Shown here piece by piece: positions 18,965 through 29,434 of a stretch of 64,000 nucleotides of DNA. A model generated the notes under the pieces. It searched no databases and was not told the origin of the DNA. It was given only the letters and a program-made list of their open reading frames with translations. Position numbers and translations under genes: made by a program. Location: positions 2,720,001-2,784,000 of the forward strand of contig OZ252239.1 in NCBI GenBank assembly GCA_965249485.1. The letters are read 5' to 3'. The stretch comes from a bacterium. GTDB taxonomy: Bacteria; SM23-31. The first letter of the stretch is position 1. Each line of letters opens with the position of its first letter.

Positions 18965-20203
18965 TCAGTTCTCCTCTTCGTAATAAGAATTCATAACCTC
19001 AACAATTTTTTTAGCAGTTTTTTCACCTATACCAGGAATTTCCATAATTTTATCATACTTTATGTCAAGAATATCCTCGGCGGTTTCGTAACCACTACCA
19101 ATGAGTTTTTGCTTAATTTTGTCTGACAATCCCTCGACCATCATAATGTCGATGACTTCTTCGTCCTTCCCTTTCAGCTCCGATTCTTTGACAATTTCAA
19201 TTGCATAACCGGTTAGAATAGATGCAAGCCGCAGATTTTGCCCCCCCTTGCCGTACGCAAGAGCAATCTGATCTTCCTCGACAATCACTTTAGCTGTTTT
19301 CTGCCCTTCATCAATCTCGACATTTTTAGGTTTGCAGGGACTCAATGCTCTCGAAATAAATATTTTCGAATCACTGCTGTAACTGATAATATCAATTTTT
19401 TCGTTGTTAAGTTCTTTCACGATAGCCTGAATTCGAACACCTTTCATACCGACACATGCCCCAACCGGATCAATCCTTTTATCGGACGACTCTACTGCAA
19501 TTTTTGTCCGGTCGCCAGCCTCTCTTTCTACACCTTTGATCTCGATAATTCCATCATAGATTTCAGGGACTTCCAATTCAAAAAGATGTACAAGAAACCG
19601 TGTATCTTTTCGTGAGGCGACAATTTCAGGTCCCCGGGCAGTGCGCTCAACCGACTTAATAATTGCCCTAATACTATCACCGCGCCAGTACCGTTCATTA
19701 CTGATTTGTTCCGAACGGGGCAAAACAACTTCTGTCTTATCAAGACTGATAATGATTTCATTTTTGTTGATTTGCGTAATATCGCCAATTACAATCTCGC
19801 CAACACGGTTTTTGAATTCCTCAAAAATAACCTCTTTTTCCACATCTTTTATTCTCTGACTAAGATTCTGCTTTGCAGAAATGATTAATCGTCTTCCAAA
19901 GCTTGTTGGATCAACAATCTCAACATACTCGTCGCCAACATCAAAGTCCGGTTCAAATTTTCGAGCTTCTTCAAGAGAAATTTCGGTAATCGGATCTTCG
20001 ACATTATCGACAATTGATTTCTCTTGATATATTTCAATTTCGCCTTTTTCAATATTTACAATCACATCGAAATTATCAGAAGCCCCATACTTCTTCTTGA
20101 TCATCATCACAAGAATATTTTCCATGATTTCGCCAAGAAGATCACGGTCAACGTTTTTATCTCGTGCAATCTCTTTAAAGGCATCTACAATATCTTTATT
20201 CAT
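18965..20203 (-). CDS. nusA: Transcription factor NusA
   Basis: FGRRLIISAKQ, IDPVGACVGMKGVRIQ, GKGGQNLRLAS, C-terminal HhH (IPGIGEKTA). Confidence 0.97.
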   Translation of the reverse strand: MNKDIVDAFKEIARDKNVDRDLLGEIMENILVMMIKKKYGASDNFDVIVNIEKGEIEIYQEKSIVDNVEDPITEISLEEARKFEPDFDVGDEYVEIVDPTSFGRRLIISAKQNLSQRIKDVEKEVIFEEFKNRVGEIVIGDITQINKNEIIISLDKTEVVLPRSEQISNERYWRGDSIRAIIKSVERTARGPEIVASRKDTRFLVHLFELEVPEIYDGIIEIKGVEREAGDRTKIAVESSDKRIDPVGACVGMKGVRIQAIVKELNNEKIDIISYSSDSKIFISRALSPCKPKNVEIDEGQKTAKVIVEEDQIALAYGKGGQNLRLASILTGYAIEIVKESELKGKDEEVIDIMMVEGLSDKIKQKLIGSGYETAEDILDIKYDKIMEIPGIGEKTAKKIVEVMNSYYEEEN

Positions 20204-20260
20204 AACCTTGCGGCTCCCCTTTGAAGAAAATCTTTCTCCACTCTACCAAGGCAAAATTAC

Positions 20261-20689
20261 TTAACCCTGCACAACCTTTTCAAATGGTATATTTTCGCTT
20301 TTATTATTCTTTTCTATTACGAGTATGTGCTCATCAACAGAAATCAGTTGCCCTTCTATAATCGCAGTACTGCTATCCTGTGTTAACATAACTTGCACTC
20401 TTCTTGCAATATTCCGTTTAAAATCGCGGGCAGTTTTCAATGGCCTATCAAGGCCTGGCGATGAAACTTCAAGCCGGTAATTCATATCCGCCGTATCGCG
20501 CTTTAAGAATTCGCCATTTATCAACCGTGCAACACGAGAACAGTCATCTACCGTGATACCGTCATCTTTATCAATAAATACTTTGAATAAAACTTGTTCG
20601 GAATGCTGTTCCTGAAGCACTTCGACCACCTCTATACCCTGTTCTTCAATTATAGGAACAATATCTTTAAAAATCGTATCGCTGAGCAT
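20261..20689 (-). CDS. rimP: Ribosome maturation factor RimP, possibly clipped by 6 residues
   Basis: GITVDDCSRV, YRLEVSSPGLDRPL; TAA at 20261 is followed in frame by VILPW-TAG (20243). Confidence 0.93.
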   Translation of the reverse strand: MLSDTIFKDIVPIIEEQGIEVVEVLQEQHSEQVLFKVFIDKDDGITVDDCSRVARLINGEFLKRDTADMNYRLEVSSPGLDRPLKTARDFKRNIARRVQVMLTQDSSTAIIEGQLISVDEHILVIEKNNKSENIPFEKVVQG

Positions 20690-20710
20690 AAACTTGTGCC
20701 TTCTTAACGC

Positions 20711-20735
20711 AAAAAGTGGGTAAAAAACCCACTTT
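20711..20735 (-). promoter_or_regulatory. rimP leader hairpin / attenuator
   Basis: Minus strand AAAGTGGG-TTTTTTA-CCCACTTT-TT, between the putative promoter and the rimP start. Confidence 0.7.
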
Positions 20736-20743
20736 AAGCACTA

Positions 20744-20772
20744 AATATATGCAATATTTTTTCGTTAAGCAA
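20744..20772 (-). promoter_or_regulatory. Putative sigma70 promoter of the rimP-nusA-infB operon
   Basis: TTGCTT-17 nt-TATATT on the minus strand, just upstream of the leader hairpin. Confidence 0.55.
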
Positions 20773-20787
20773 CAAAAAAGTGTACAA

Positions 20788-22101
20788 TCATGCCACCTCC
20801 ATGCCAGCCTCACGAGCCTTATTCATATTCACAAACATAAGCATAATCATACCGACAACAAAAAACACAACAAGTGATACTATTGAATTCCGAAGCGAGC
20901 CGGTCATTTGGCCTATAAAAGCAAAAACAAATGGTCCCCAAATAGATGAAAACTTATTAAAAACAGAATAAAATCCAAAAAACTCTGCGGATGATTCTAC
21001 CGGTACAATCGAGCTGTAGAGCGATCGGCTTAGTGCCTGTGAGCCTCCCATTACAAAACCGATTGTAACTCCCAGAACCATATATTCATTAGCTGAAGTC
21101 ATAAAATATGCATAAATGACGATACACGACCACAGTACCAACGTAATCATCAGCGCATGTTTCGAGGAGATCCGTTCTCCCAACTTACCAAAAAGAAGGG
21201 CTCCGAAAAATGCAATGAATTGAATGATGAGAAGCGTAATCATGAGAACCGTTGGAGAAAGCTGTAATTCTTGTCTTCCGTATATTGTCCCCATATTAAT
21301 GACTGTCTGAATACCGTCATTATATATCATGTATGCAATTAAAAAAATTACTAAATTCCGATAACTTTTGACTTTTTTGACTGTTGATAACGCATGTGAT
21401 AAACCCAACCCAATATATTCAACATAACGGTTAATACCTGTATTTGCAAGGTTACCATCTTGAGAGTTTTTTCCCTCTTTTAAATAAAAAACAGTAAAAA
21501 GCGTAAAACCTGCCCACCACAACCCTGCAAACGAAAGCGCCAGCCTCGCCGCATGATCTTCAGATATTCCTAGAGATTCGTGTCCCACGATTAAACCAAG
21601 CGAACATGCAAATTGCAATCCACCACCAACATATCCATATGCATACCCCTTACCCGATACCCAGTCCAGTTCATCATTTTGTGCGATATGGGGCAGAAAA
21701 GCATCATAAAAGACATTTGCAGAGACAAAACCGAATTGAGCTACAACAAAAAATATCATAGTCTGCCATACTTCGCCCGAACCACAGAAATATAACAATA
21801 TTGCGAATAGACTTCCGCCATAGCAAAAAGTCAGCAAGAACTTCTTTTTTGAAGCTGAATAGTCTGCGATTGCTCCGAGAATCGGCGATAGAAGAAATAC
21901 GAGCAATGCAACGAAACTCAGCATGTACCCCCAGAGTGCTGCGGCAGAAAAAACTGTACCACCGATTACAAAGCCTTCCGGAGGGACAACTACATCCGAA
22001 AAATATATTGGCAGTATAGCAACTCCAACCGTTGTGACAAATGCCGAACTTGCCCAATCGTACATTGCCCAACCAAATATTTGCTTTTTATCGCTAACCA
22101 T
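20788..22101 (-). CDS. MFS transporter, UMF1/ATG22-like family
   Basis: WAMYDWASSAF, SPILGAIAD, NVFYDAFLP, GGSQALSRS, EFFGFY; many TM segments. Confidence 0.9.
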   Translation of the reverse strand: MVSDKKQIFGWAMYDWASSAFVTTVGVAILPIYFSDVVVPPEGFVIGGTVFSAAALWGYMLSFVALLVFLLSPILGAIADYSASKKKFLLTFCYGGSLFAILLYFCGSGEVWQTMIFFVVAQFGFVSANVFYDAFLPHIAQNDELDWVSGKGYAYGYVGGGLQFACSLGLIVGHESLGISEDHAARLALSFAGLWWAGFTLFTVFYLKEGKNSQDGNLANTGINRYVEYIGLGLSHALSTVKKVKSYRNLVIFLIAYMIYNDGIQTVINMGTIYGRQELQLSPTVLMITLLIIQFIAFFGALLFGKLGERISSKHALMITLVLWSCIVIYAYFMTSANEYMVLGVTIGFVMGGSQALSRSLYSSIVPVESSAEFFGFYSVFNKFSSIWGPFVFAFIGQMTGSLRNSIVSLVVFFVVGMIMLMFVNMNKAREAGMEVA

Positions 22102-22126
22102 ACGTGGAATTTTCTACTTCATTGAA

Positions 22127-23965
22127 TTAATGTGCATTCAAATGGTTATGAATCATTTGTGCTAAATCAAAATTTATGCTCTTTACATTTACTATTGTCT
22201 CTGGTTCAGCCTCACGAAGTCTTGCAATTGAGCCAAAATATTGAAGCAGAGCATTTCTTCGTTCTACACCGATACCTGGAATTTTGTCGAGTTCAGAGGT
22301 TATCGTTCTCTTTTTACGCTGCTTACGGTGATGTGTAATAGCAAATCTATGCGCTTCATCCCTTACTCTCTGTAACAATCTAAGTCCTGCAGAAGTCCGT
22401 GGAACATTCTGTGCTTCTGATACACCCGGTATAAAGACTTCGTCCAAACGCTTCGCCAGTCCGACAATTGGTATATACATCAGATCAAGATTCCGAAGCA
22501 CTTCAACAGCGGAAGACAATTGCCCTTTACCGCCATCGATTAGTATTAAATCTGGAAGCTGACCATTTTCTGATATCTGCCGCGAATATCTTCTTTTAAC
22601 AGCTTCAGCTATCATTTTAAAATCGTCCGGTGTATCTTTGGACCGAATTTTAAAAATACGATACTCTTTTTTTTGAGGCACACCATTTGAAAAAGAGACC
22701 ATAGATGCAACAGCATCTTTACCTTGTATATTAGAAATATCGAATGCCTCTATTATCTTAGGAGGATGTGAAAGCTTCAAATTCTCCTGAAGCGTCTTAA
22801 CGGAATAAGCAAGAAAATCCTTTTTCTGTCTTTGCTGGAGAATAAGTTCTTGCACAAGTAGCTCAGCATTTTTTATGCACATCCCAGTTAATTTCGCTTT
22901 ATCACCTTTTTGTGGAATAATTATTTTAACAGTGCTGCCCCGCTCACCAGACATCCAATCTGTTATGAATCCCCTGTCTTCTACTTCGTGTGAAACGAAA
23001 ATCTCCGGGGGAATATAGTCAATATTCAAATAAAACTGCATCATGAAACTTTTGAGAATTTCTGCATGTGATTTACTCCCCACACCATCAAGCGCGTGAT
23101 GTCGCCGTCCAAGTATTTTCCCCTCCCGTTCCATAAAAACAACTCCGCATGCAACATCCTCTTCTACGGCAACAGCAACTATATCCCTATCAACAGGTTT
23201 TATATCTACCACTTTCTGCTTAGAGTTAAAATTATCGATTTCGCGTAGTCTGTCTCTGAACAATGCTGCATTTTCATAATGCTGATCTTCTGCAGATTCA
23301 TTCATTTTTTCTTTTAGCAAGGCTACCAGATTTTTTGTGTGACCACGAAAAAACTCTCTCACTTGATCTACCATTTCATTATAGTCTTCTTTCGAAACGA
23401 GTTCTTCGCACGGACCACCACACCTCTTAATGTGATAATCAAGACAGAGTTTCACCTTCCGCTTCTGAATTGTATCCGGTGTCAGTTTAAATTTGCAGCT
23501 CCTAATTTGGAAAATTTTACCCATCGTCCAGAGTAGCGATCTCATTACCTTAATTTCTGTATATGGCCCAAAATAGGTACTACCATCATTCATTTTTTTT
23601 CGGGTAACATATACTTGGGGGAAATCCTCATTGGTGATTTTGATATACGGATAACTTTTATCATCTTTTAAATTAACATTGTAGCGCGGACGATACAGAT
23701 TAACGAGATTCGCCTCAAGTATGAGCGCTTCTTTTTCTGTATCTGTAATTATTATTTCAAGATCTTTGATTTTCTTTGTGAGTAGATGTGTTTTAATATA
23801 CTGCGGCATTGAATTCTGAAAGTAAGTGCGTACCCGATTGCGCAGAATCTTTGCTTTTCCGATATAGAGAATAGTACCCGAGCTATCTTTTAAAAGATAA
23901 ACGCCTGGCTTTTTGGGAAGAGAATCTAATTTACCCTTAATGTGCTTAAATGATTCGTTTTTCAT
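22127..23965 (-). CDS. uvrC: Excinuclease ABC subunit C
   Basis: GIY-YIG (PGVY..YIGKAK.LR.RV), IEAFDIS, PDLILIDGGKGQ, RDEAHRFA, HhH. Confidence 0.97.
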   Translation of the reverse strand: MKNESFKHIKGKLDSLPKKPGVYLLKDSSGTILYIGKAKILRNRVRTYFQNSMPQYIKTHLLTKKIKDLEIIITDTEKEALILEANLVNLYRPRYNVNLKDDKSYPYIKITNEDFPQVYVTRKKMNDGSTYFGPYTEIKVMRSLLWTMGKIFQIRSCKFKLTPDTIQKRKVKLCLDYHIKRCGGPCEELVSKEDYNEMVDQVREFFRGHTKNLVALLKEKMNESAEDQHYENAALFRDRLREIDNFNSKQKVVDIKPVDRDIVAVAVEEDVACGVVFMEREGKILGRRHHALDGVGSKSHAEILKSFMMQFYLNIDYIPPEIFVSHEVEDRGFITDWMSGERGSTVKIIIPQKGDKAKLTGMCIKNAELLVQELILQQRQKKDFLAYSVKTLQENLKLSHPPKIIEAFDISNIQGKDAVASMVSFSNGVPQKKEYRIFKIRSKDTPDDFKMIAEAVKRRYSRQISENGQLPDLILIDGGKGQLSSAVEVLRNLDLMYIPIVGLAKRLDEVFIPGVSEAQNVPRTSAGLRLLQRVRDEAHRFAITHHRKQRKKRTITSELDKIPGIGVERRNALLQYFGSIARLREAEPETIVNVKSINFDLAQMIHNHLNAH

Positions 23966-23981
23966 AGAGATTGTGAAGCTT

Positions 23982-24761
23982 CTACGGGGATTTAAATTCT
24001 CTAAGAAGGTAATTATTGAGCTTATCGTAATCCATGTCCGAAACTAGTTTGCCGTCTTTTGCTACCGATATCTTCCCGGTTTCTTCAGATACAATAATGA
24101 CTAAAGCATCAGATTCTTCTGTTATACCAATGCCAGCTCTGTGTCGTGTACCATGCTTCTTATCAAGATGAGGATTTTGTGAAAGAGGAAGCAGGCATTT
24201 TGCAGCCTCGATTCTGTCCTGGTTTATGATAACTGCGCCGTCATGTAATAATGATCGAGGCGAAAAAAGGGAAACCAGAAGTGCATCGCTGACGTGCGCC
24301 TGGATCTGTACACCAGACTCCACAATTGCTTTGAGTCCTGTATCTCTGATTAGGACAATTAGAGCACCATACCGACGTTGGGAGCATTCTTCTGCGGCAC
24401 GGGCAATCGTATGTAACAGCGGTGTCTGCTCAAGATTAAGAAAAGCTCTGACAAGTTTGCTCTGACCGACGACCGTCAATAACCTGCGGAGCTCAGGCTG
24501 GAATAGAATAACAAATGCAATAACCCACACTGTCTGTATATTCTGAATTATCCATGACATACCGCTCATATTGAGCCCCTGAACAATAAAAGAGGCAATG
24601 AGAATCACAATAAGTCCTGCGATCATTTGGCTTCCGCGAGTACCGCTCATGATCTGATACAATTTATAAAAAATATAAGAAACAAGCAGAATATCGAGGA
24701 CATCAATAATAGATACACTCAGGAAGAAAATCTTGAATAGTTCAAATCTCAGAAACTCCAT
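23982..24761 (-). CDS. cdaA: Diadenylate cyclase CdaA
   Basis: Three N-terminal TMs, FQPELRR, LHDGA, GTRHRA, VSEETG. Confidence 0.93.
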   Translation of the reverse strand: MEFLRFELFKIFFLSVSIIDVLDILLVSYIFYKLYQIMSGTRGSQMIAGLIVILIASFIVQGLNMSGMSWIIQNIQTVWVIAFVILFQPELRRLLTVVGQSKLVRAFLNLEQTPLLHTIARAAEECSQRRYGALIVLIRDTGLKAIVESGVQIQAHVSDALLVSLFSPRSLLHDGAVIINQDRIEAAKCLLPLSQNPHLDKKHGTRHRAGIGITEESDALVIIVSEETGKISVAKDGKLVSDMDYDKLNNYLLREFKSP

Positions 24762-24775
24762 AATTGATCCTCACC

Positions 24776-25672
24776 TTACTCGGTTACATCTAGGGATTGC
24801 TCCGCCAAGATTGCGTCTGTTACCAATGATACGCGCTGCATTTCGGATACATCATGGACTCTAACCATATGAGCTCCATGAGCGATAGAAAGCGCTACTG
24901 CCGCTGCAGTCCCCTCAAGTCTTTCATTAACAGGCAGGTCTAACAATCTTCCAATAAATGATTTACGAGACGGGCCAATAAGGATTGGCCTATCTAGCTT
25001 TGCAAAGACTTGAAGATTGTTTAGAATGGTCAAATTGTGTTCTACTGTCTTACCGAAACCAATTCCCGGATCCAACATAATACAATCACGACTTATTCCC
25101 GCTTTCACAAGCGAAGTCATACGTTCTTTAAAATAGGTTAGAATATCCTCTATGACGTCTTGATACACAGGATTTAATTGCATGTCTTTTGGAGTTCCGG
25201 CTATATGCATTACTATCACAGGAACTTTGTTTTCTGCTGCAAAAACCGGCATTCCTTTATCGTATTGCAATCCGCTAATGTCATTAATTATATCTGCTCC
25301 CGAATCAATCGCTTCACGTGCAACAGCGGTCTTATAGGTATCGATCGAAATCCAGACATCTGTTTTTTTACGAAGTGCTTTAATGACTGGTACAACTCTG
25401 CTCATTTCTTCTTCCACAGATACAGGATCGGCTCCGGGCCGTGTCGATTCACCGCCTATGTCGATGACAGACGCCCCATGCTCAACCATTTCAAGGCATT
25501 CTTGCAAAGATTTTATTGTTGTGTTATATGCACCGCCATCGGAAAATGAATCCGGAGTGCAATTTATCACTCCCATTATATGGGTTTGATTGCCAAGTTC
25601 AAGTGTTTTTGTACCGCTCTTGAGCCTATATGTTTTTCTTACCATACTACTATTATCAATTACTTCCGTCAT
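24776..25672 (-). CDS. folP: Dihydropteroate synthase
   Basis: MGVINCTPDSFSDGG, DIGGESTRPG, DPGIGFGK, SRKSFIG, RVHDV. Confidence 0.97.
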   Translation of the reverse strand: MTEVIDNSSMVRKTYRLKSGTKTLELGNQTHIMGVINCTPDSFSDGGAYNTTIKSLQECLEMVEHGASVIDIGGESTRPGADPVSVEEEMSRVVPVIKALRKKTDVWISIDTYKTAVAREAIDSGADIINDISGLQYDKGMPVFAAENKVPVIVMHIAGTPKDMQLNPVYQDVIEDILTYFKERMTSLVKAGISRDCIMLDPGIGFGKTVEHNLTILNNLQVFAKLDRPILIGPSRKSFIGRLLDLPVNERLEGTAAAVALSIAHGAHMVRVHDVSEMQRVSLVTDAILAEQSLDVTE

Positions 25673-25682
25673 ATTTAATTAT

Positions 25683-25713
25683 AAAAATGCCGGCCCTGAT
25701 TCCGAGCCGGCAT
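25683..25713 (-). terminator. Probable intrinsic terminator after ftsH
   Basis: Minus strand ATGCCGGCTC-loop-GGGCCGGCAT-TTTT. Confidence 0.65.
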
Positions 25714-25782
25714 ACTCTATGATTTGAAGATTCCAATTATGGACTATCTCATTCACTATATCTATCAATTTTTATACGGCGA

Positions 25783-27897
25783 TCAACTTGATTCCACAGA
25801 TTGTTTGGGACCCGGATCAGATGTTTTCTTCTTCCTGGTATATGTCCGGCGGTCTTTTTTATGTGCCGCAGATTTGAAATCATCATCCTTGTCTTTCGCC
25901 GGAGCTTGTTTTTTCCGCGATCTGGATTTAGGTTTAATGGATTTACCATTTACCACCGCTTTGATTTGATTACTATCAAGGATTTCATGATTCAACAATT
26001 CATCTGCCAATTTATGTAAAATATCGATGTTCTTTTTTAGCAGCTTTACTGCATAAACTTCTGCCGTCGTTACGATAGTTTTAATTTCTTCGTCTATAAT
26101 ATGTGCTGTTTGATCACTATAATTTTTCTGTGAACCAAAATCACGACCTAGGAACACTTCTTCGTCTTTCTTGCCAAAGGTCAACGGTCCAAGTCTCTCA
26201 CTCATACCCCATTCACATACCATTTTCCTTGAAAGAGCAGTCGCTTGCTCAATATCGTTACCGGCTCCTGTTGTAAGCGTGTTGAATACAATCCGTTCTG
26301 CTGCCCGCCCACCCATCATTTTGACCAACAATGCCTCACAATAATTCTTTGAATAAGTATGTCGTTCATCAATCGGCAGCGACGTGGTGACACCAAGCGC
26401 TCTTCCTCGTGGAATTATCGTCACTTTGTGTATCGGATCGCTTCCCGGAGTGAACATTGCCGTAAGCACGTGGCCTGCCTCATGATATGCAGTACTTTTT
26501 TTCTCTTCCTCACTGATCAGAAGCGTTTTTCTTTCTGCGCCCATCATAACTTTGTCTTTTGCCTGCTCGAAATCCTCCATCGTTAAACTTTTATTATTAT
26601 TCCGCGCAGCAAGAAGTGCAGCTTCATTCACAATATTGGCAAGATCGGCACCAGAGAGCCCCGGTGTCCCTTTGGCAAGAATATCCAGTTTAACTTTTGA
26701 ATCTAAGGGTGTTTTCTTTGTATGAACTTTCAATATTCCTTCTCTTCCAAGAAGATCGGGTCTGTCAACAATAATTTGCCTGTCAAACCGACCCGGTCTC
26801 ATCAACGCTGTATCGAGTACATCAGGCCTGTTTGTGGCTGCGATGAGAATGACACCCTCATTATCTTCGAACCCGTCCATTTCCACTAAAAGCTGATTCA
26901 GTGTCTGTTCCCGTTCATCATGACCGCCTCCCAATCCGGCACCACGGGAGCGTCCAACTGCATCAATTTCATCAATAAAAATGATACACGGTGCGTTCTT
27001 TTTACCCTGTTCGAACAAGTCACGTACTCGTGACGCACCGACACCGACAAACATTTCAACAAAGTCTGCACCACTTATGCTGAAAAAAGGAACTCCCGCT
27101 TCTCCTGCTACTGCCCGTGCAAGCAAGGTTTTACCTGTGCCCGGAGGACCAACAAGTAGTGCTCCTTTCGGTATTTTCCCGCCAAGTTTCTGGAATCTTT
27201 CGGGTAATTTGAGAAATTCAATTATCTCTTGCAACTCAACTTTCGCTTCGTCGGCACCTGCAACATCATCAAAAGTAATTTTCGGTTTATTCTCAATCAA
27301 TAGTTTAGCTTTACTTTTTCCAAATGAGAAAATGCCACGTGCTCCCCCCCCTTGCATTCTCCTGAAAAAATATACCCAAATGAGAATAATTATAATCCAC
27401 GGTAAGGTCTGCATCATTATCATTGACCACTCAATCTCCTTCTGGCCAAATGTATACCGAACGTTGTTTTCTCTCCACTCATCTTCCATTGCAGGATAGA
27501 AAGGCGGAAGAATCACTTTGAAATTCTTAGCCATCACTGTGGTCCCGTTATCCAATACAACAGGTTCTTCATTGAATAATTCCCCATGAAACTCCCGTTC
27601 GACTATCTCTGCCGATTCAATTTTTCCGTTTTCAAGAAACTCTCTATAAGGATCATATTTAATTTCCTGCTCACCTTCCAATTGAAGTGAATTCATAAGC
27701 TGGTAGAAAAACAACATCCCAACTATGAACAGGAGCCACACAACCGCTGTCCGGCCTCCTCGCTGCCACTGAGTGTCAGAATTCTTACCTGAATTCCCTC
27801 GTCCTTTACGACCGTTACGTTTTTCTTTAAACTTTATCGATCCCTTACGCGGATCTTGTTTATCTTGATTATTCTTATTTGTTTTCTTATCAGACAT
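25783..27897 (-). CDS. ftsH: ATP-dependent zinc metalloprotease FtsH
   Basis: Two TMs, [28 protein letters not shown]. Confidence 0.98.
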   Translation of the reverse strand: MSDKKTNKNNQDKQDPRKGSIKFKEKRNGRKGRGNSGKNSDTQWQRGGRTAVVWLLFIVGMLFFYQLMNSLQLEGEQEIKYDPYREFLENGKIESAEIVEREFHGELFNEEPVVLDNGTTVMAKNFKVILPPFYPAMEDEWRENNVRYTFGQKEIEWSMIMMQTLPWIIIILIWVYFFRRMQGGGARGIFSFGKSKAKLLIENKPKITFDDVAGADEAKVELQEIIEFLKLPERFQKLGGKIPKGALLVGPPGTGKTLLARAVAGEAGVPFFSISGADFVEMFVGVGASRVRDLFEQGKKNAPCIIFIDEIDAVGRSRGAGLGGGHDEREQTLNQLLVEMDGFEDNEGVILIAATNRPDVLDTALMRPGRFDRQIIVDRPDLLGREGILKVHTKKTPLDSKVKLDILAKGTPGLSGADLANIVNEAALLAARNNNKSLTMEDFEQAKDKVMMGAERKTLLISEEEKKSTAYHEAGHVLTAMFTPGSDPIHKVTIIPRGRALGVTTSLPIDERHTYSKNYCEALLVKMMGGRAAERIVFNTLTTGAGNDIEQATALSRKMVCEWGMSERLGPLTFGKKDEEVFLGRDFGSQKNYSDQTAHIIDEEIKTIVTTAEVYAVKLLKKNIDILHKLADELLNHEILDSNQIKAVVNGKSIKPKSRSRKKQAPAKDKDDDFKSAAHKKDRRTYTRKKKTSDPGPKQSVESS

Positions 27898-27937
27898 GTA
27901 AAATCATTTTCCTTCCACAACGACACCACTAGTTCGA

Positions 27938-29359
27938 CTATGAAACATAAAGGTGAAGTCCAATTATATCTTGTGTTTTCGAAGTAATTTTCACTCTATC
28001 ATCTATCCGCAATCCACAGACCCATATTATTTTTTCACGGTCTGTCAATACCGGATATTTGTTTTTTAAATGTAACGGAATTTTTAAATCTACAAAAAAA
28101 TCACTGAGCTTTTTTGTGCCATTCATCCCCAATGGACAGAATGCATCACCGGCCTGCCAAGTTCTCAATCGTAACGGCTCATTAATCTTATTACGATCAA
28201 CGAGCTCATTCCATTCATTTTTTTCATTCCGGACTGTTGAATAGTCAATATCTTTACATGATACATCAATAATTTCAGATTGAAAAATATGACCTTCCCA
28301 AGGAAGTTCGTACTTCAATCCGTATTCAATGGGAAAATCAAACGAAGCTACTGATAAGTTACTAAGTACAAGTGAAGTTTTATTTACTGTCAGAATAATC
28401 TCATTATTCAGATTGAGACTATTTTTCCTCCCTGCATCATATATAAATTCGACAACAGTTTTAGCATGTTTTTCATTAACTGAATCATTATAACAACCTA
28501 GCCTGTCAAAACATTCCTGTATAACAAGCTGTTGTATCAAAGAAAAGTAATTTTTGAAAGAAGCAATATCAAGAATAATTTTGTCTTTTTCCTCAGAAAC
28601 CAATACTGCTGTGTACGATTCCTTCTTTAGCACATCCGCCAACTCTGATATCTGCTGAAATTTTTGTCCGTGTTTTTCGAGTACAAGATCTATATTATGA
28701 GGAAGTTGTTCTCGTAAATATGGCAGAATATTCAACCGGATTTTATTTCTCAGATAATCCTCTTTATCGTTTGAAGAATCGGCAAAATAGTTTATTTTGT
28801 TATTTTGCACATATGCTTCCAGATCAGACCGAGTTACCCATAACAAAGGCCGTATATACTTGTCTCGTTTTATGGGTATTCCCCGCAAACTGGTAAGGCT
28901 CCCTCCTTGAAAAAATCGCATAAGAACTGTCTCAGTCTGATCGTCACTGTGGTGAGCTGTGGCTATTTTTGATATATTGTAACATTCTGCAATTTTTTCA
29001 AAGAACATGTAGCGCAATTTTCTCGCTGCTTCCTGAATAGATATTTTATGCTCTTTTGCACATTGATTCACATCCCCCGTTCCGATTTCAAGCTGCAATC
29101 CATATGTGTCGCATACTTCTTGAACGAATTTTGCTTCCTGATTCGATTCATCACCTCTTAAATTATGGTTAAAATAGCCAACTATAAGCGATAGATGCAT
29201 AGATTCCATTACTGTGTTTAGTACATGAAGCAATGCTGAGGAATCCAATCCGCCAGAATAGGCAACTAACACCTTATCATTTTCGAATAGTAATCCATGG
29301 TTGCTCACATAATCAAGGAATCTATTCTTTAATATGTTTCTTGTTCTCATTATTTGCAA
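27938..29359 (-). CDS. tilS: tRNA(Ile)-lysidine synthase
   Basis: PP-loop SGGLDS, ARKLRY, ATAHHSDDQTET, IRPLL, RNKIR, C-terminal GTKKLSDFF..KIP. Confidence 0.95.
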   Translation of the reverse strand: MQIMRTRNILKNRFLDYVSNHGLLFENDKVLVAYSGGLDSSALLHVLNTVMESMHLSLIVGYFNHNLRGDESNQEAKFVQEVCDTYGLQLEIGTGDVNQCAKEHKISIQEAARKLRYMFFEKIAECYNISKIATAHHSDDQTETVLMRFFQGGSLTSLRGIPIKRDKYIRPLLWVTRSDLEAYVQNNKINYFADSSNDKEDYLRNKIRLNILPYLREQLPHNIDLVLEKHGQKFQQISELADVLKKESYTAVLVSEEKDKIILDIASFKNYFSLIQQLVIQECFDRLGCYNDSVNEKHAKTVVEFIYDAGRKNSLNLNNEIILTVNKTSLVLSNLSVASFDFPIEYGLKYELPWEGHIFQSEIIDVSCKDIDYSTVRNEKNEWNELVDRNKINEPLRLRTWQAGDAFCPLGMNGTKKLSDFFVDLKIPLHLKNKYPVLTDREKIIWVCGLRIDDRVKITSKTQDIIGLHLYVS

Positions 29360-29434
29360 GACACTGTAATTTACTTAATAAAATATACGAAATTTCATAG
29401 TCAAATCAAACAAGAGCTTTGTAAGCCCGTTCTG

